A DNA stretch of 63,984 bases, counting the filler, from Piptocephalis cylindrospora (taxonomy: Eukaryota), in NCBI GenBank assembly GCA_003614145.1. It is 9 parts of 9 records of this genome, joined end to end, with 100 filler letters (N's around TTAATTAATTAA, not from the genome) between each part and the next. Parts side by side here need not be neighbours in the genome. Positions count along the whole stretch, not along the records: positions 58,313 to 63,984 come from KZ988366.1; 8 more parts are not named here. One strand, given 5' to 3'. Made by a program: the position numbers and the translations under genes. The first letter of the stretch is position 1. Every line of letters starts with the position of its first letter. Below are positions 60,448 to 63,984 of the stretch, one piece after another. The notes under the pieces were generated by a model. It ran no database searches and was not told where the DNA came from. It saw only the letters and a program-made list of their open reading frames with translations.

Positions 60448-63400
60448 CTAAGGAGTCGTCAGTTGACGCATCAATTCCTCCATGTGCTCTTCATCCTCTG
60501 TATCATCCCCTCCCCCTACTGCCCCAGCTCCATCCTCTTCCGCACTCAAGCCATAGGCTGATACGTCAAAGTCGGCTGACATAGGAGAAAGGAAATCCCC
60601 GTACATCCCTCCTCCGCCGCCACGTCGATTATGAGGCAGAGCACTCGCACGTACCTCCTCGGCCACCTACAGGATAATATTTTATCTGGTTAGTCATCAA
60701 TCCCTTTCCATCCCTATTTTTTCTCTTTCTGCCAGTGCACAACCAAGATTAAGAAAAAGACGCAAAGACTCACCGTATGCACATCAATGGCCTCCTCCAC
60801 CTCCTGAAGCATCCGTGCCCCATCCATACTTCCCCACCGCATCTTACGACCCTTGATCCTTCCGGGAGAGCCATCTCCATCCATCTCTTCTTCCTCATCC
60901 TCCTCTTCATCTCTTTCATCGTCCATCTCCTCTTCCTCCTCATCCAGATCATCCTCTTCGCCCTTTGCGCTTCCGAAACTGAATCCATACTCAAGAGAGG
61001 AAAAAGTGTCTTCCCTGGTGGAGCACGAGTTGTCAAATGCCTCCATACTCTTAGAAAGGGACTTGAGGAAATCCTGCGATTCTTGATCAAGCATAAACTC
61101 ATACTCGGAATAATCGATATCATGGGAGTTTTGCTTGTCTGTCTTCTTGGCCTGATCCTCCTTGGACTCCCGGTCTGCGTTAATCTCTTCAGCCATACCC
61201 GAATCTGTCGCGGTAGAATCATCCATATTTGTAGCCTCCTGGGTATAACCTAGTTTCTCTTCCGTTTCCGCTTCTCTATCCTCGCTCTCAGTCATCAGCT
61301 CGGAAAGTGGTGTAGCCCTAACGGCCACATCATCCACCTTAACCTTCTCAATGGCCTTGACCCGATCTTTGACTGATCCAACGGTCGGGAATCTTGGGGT
61401 AATGGCCTTGGACGGTAGGATCTGGGTTTGCCTGGCCTGCACGGCCCGGTCAATATCTGGACTGACTGATCGAGCCGGGCTGAGAACACCTGATGGAGTG
61501 CTGGGCGGCGCCATCTTCCCCTTCCCCTCCACTTCAGCCCCTGTGCTAGGGGAGGGGGAGAGGGTCCGGTCCTCCATTTCTCCTGGGGACCGCACCGCGC
61601 TGGTCAGAGTATCATCGTGAGGGGCCGAGTCCTCCAGGAAAGAGGTATCCAGACCTACGAGGGGCGTAACTGAGGAAAGCCTCTTGGTTCGTGCTTTGGG
61701 GATGGCTTGATCCTCATCTTCAGCCCCTTTCTTCTCTTCCGTCCCTTCCATTTCTTCCGTCTCTTCCTCTTCCTCCACTTCTTCCTCTTCCTCTTCCTCC
61801 TCATCTTCCTCTTCTTGATAACCCCCGAGGACATCATCCAATAAGTCATCGTCATCATAATCATCCCCTTCTAGCTCCTCCTCATCATCTTCTCCATCGG
61901 AAAAGATAATAGGATCCGATCGTAGCAATGATCCCTTTCGCTCAATAGCCTTCTCATCCGCTTCTTCCTCATCATCTTCCTTCTCGTCATCCATGTCCTC
62001 CTTGGACTTGAACATGAAACTGACCGTGGTAGGGGATAATGTATCGGATTCTCGACGAACCGACAGACTGGAGGTAACATCAACGCCCAGATGCTTTTTC
62101 ATGAGTAACTTGTGCATCCCATTCCCGGATAAGTCAGGATTTGGCATGGGCGAGAGTGGGGGTGGCATCCCTGGCGTATCTCCTTCATCATCGTTTGACT
62201 CCTCTCCTTCTTGCTCCGCAGATGCTTCACCTTGTCGTCGATCCTCCTCGCCCCTTTCCTCCCAGTCTCCCATGAGACCAATATCTCCCAGACCCTGGCC
62301 AGGAATGGGTGGTAGAGCCACCATAGGAGGAGGATGGGATAAGGGAGGAAGGAAGCTGGGTAAGCTCATGGCCGTCTCCTTTTCCTTCTTCTTTTCCTTC
62401 CCCTTCCCCTTATCCTCCTCTTTATCTTGATCCTCATCACTACACGAGCCCCTTCCCTTCTTATCTAAGTCTTCCCCTTCCTCCTTTATATCACATCTCT
62501 CCTTACTCAACGCCCTTCTCTCTTTACTCAGCGCCCGCCTATCCTTGCTCACGGCCCTTTGATCCTTATTAACCTCCTTTCTATCTTTACTGACTGCCCT
62601 CTTATCCTTCGCAGGGGTATCCCCAGATACTCTACGACTAAACGAGGATGGAGGAGAGGGTCTTTCTAAATTGTCCAAAGTTCCATTGGGCCGGAGGTCC
62701 GGGGAAGAGGAAATGGGAGAGATAGAAGAGGCGGCAATGGGATACTTGGGGGGTAGAGGAACTTGGCGGATGGGACGTGGGGGTATGGGGGATTGGGAAA
62801 GGCGCTCGGAGCTTCCAGAGGAGGAAAGGGTACCCAAGGAAGCTGTGGAGGAGGAGCTCCTCTTCTTCTTCCTTCCTCGTCCTCTCTCCTCCCCCTCCAC
62901 TTCCTTGACCGGAGGTGCCCCTCCCTTTCCAGGGCTCTTGGGGGAGCGTGGGGATTTTTGGGTCGGAGAGGTTCCATGAAAGTAATCCAAGGCCTCGCTA
63001 ATACTCCCACCGCTTCCGCGTCTTCGACGTGAATGGGGAGCGGAAGAGGTGGGAGAGGTAAGATCACCCTTCCCTTTCAAGGATAAGGAGGGAGGATACC
63101 CCGTGGATTTGTTTTCACTTTTCGAGGGCGTCTTTCTTCCTGGGGAGGTCACCTTGGTCGGAGGCGGGGAAGAGGAGGATGGAGATTCACGGGACTGGGT
63201 GGCTACGCGCATAGGGAAGGTACCTGCACGACCCCTCGTGATGGGTGATGTTATGTCTCCGGTAGCTCCAGAGCCCGAATGGGTAATGGACTTTCCCGCT
63301 AGGGCAGTAGTAATGGCCCCTACGGAAGCTGTCACCTCCGGAGTTCCTAAGGAGATGGAGGGTTTCTTTTGAAAAAGGTGCTTCCATCCGCCTTTTTTCT

Positions 63401-63984
63401 TGCCTCCTTCCACTCCAGCACCCTCTGAATTCCCAGGATCCGAGTTTCCGAGGGAATCTGTGCGACGATGACCCTTGGAGGAGGAAGTGATCAGGGTGGG
63501 GAGATTCGCCGGTGGGTTATTCAGGAGTATAGAGGCTCTGGCTTGGACGGCGGCCTCCACCGCATCCTTTCCGAGGATTTTCTCGGCTCTTGACAGTCTC
63601 TTCTTATCCCTTTCCGTCAATTCTGCCCTTTCTCCTTTCCCAAGCCCCGAACGGCTACCTGGCTCATCCCCCAGAATCGCTTACCCTTCCAGATCCACGA
63701 GTCTGACGAGATCGAAGAATCTGGTTGGTGGTCTGAGCCCGAGAGCCCATAGGAAGCTCTTTGACCATCTTGGACGAGGTCATAACCAAGGTGGGGGCCC
63801 CGATCCCAGCTTCTCGGATGCCAGTTCGCTTGGGCAGAGATGTGAGGGATTCACGGGACTGTGATGTTTTATCCAGGATCTTTTGATACATTTCCACCTG
63901 AGCTGACACACTCTCAGGGTCTTCCCCCGTGGAGAGAAGGCCGGCCGTAAGCTCTGCCCGAAGAAGCAAATGTTTGACCGAATC
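60448..63984 (-). CDS. Large low-complexity (Ser/basic then acidic) protein of unknown function, 5'-truncated
   Basis: 968-aa ORF 60714-63620 with a GT-AG intron (~60667-60773) to last exon VAEEVRAS...QLTTP-stop. Upstream ORF 63664-63969 joins through a one-base shift in a G5 run or an unrecognised intron. Confidence 0.7.
62484..62609 (-). repeat. Six degenerate 21-bp coding repeats (K[DE]xRA[VL]S consensus)
   Basis: KDKRAVS KDRKEVN KDQRAVS KDRRALS KERRALS KERCDIK. Confidence 0.8.

Overview
Eukaryotic, intron-containing fungal DNA with GT-AG introns mostly 55-110 nt long. It is not one continuous locus. Eight identical 100-nt synthetic linkers (N44-TTAATTAATTAA-N44, stops in all six frames) join nine contigs of about 7.1-7.3 kb in descending size order, so adjacency across a linker carries no meaning. 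The genes are mostly fungal housekeeping genes: SLC35F transporter, Shp1/p47, AMPK/SNF1 beta, TFIIE beta, Cab2, Dsk2, TBC1D13-like RabGAP, PFK2/FBPase2, exportin-T, Ole1, Rpb1, Vps34, an ABHD12-like hydrolase, Itc1 and a LaeA-like methyltransferase. Two genes point to an early-diverging (non-Dikarya) fungus: a B12-dependent methylmalonyl-CoA mutase and, less specifically, an animal-like voltage-gated K+ channel. A fragmented single-cell assembly of a Zoopagomycota parasite such as Piptocephalis is my guess (inference, not verified). The most novel signal is a putative secreted/effector repertoire: (1) an intronless signal-peptide protein kinase (24811-26121) with a decayed paralog on another contig (15455-16735); (2) a divergently transcribed 63-aa prepro-peptide predicted to release a 16-aa disulfide-loop peptide after a Kex2-type site (27512-27703); (3) two orphan ORFs beside RPB1, one missed by the ORF track. 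I found no rRNA, tRNA, CRISPR array or recognisable transposon.
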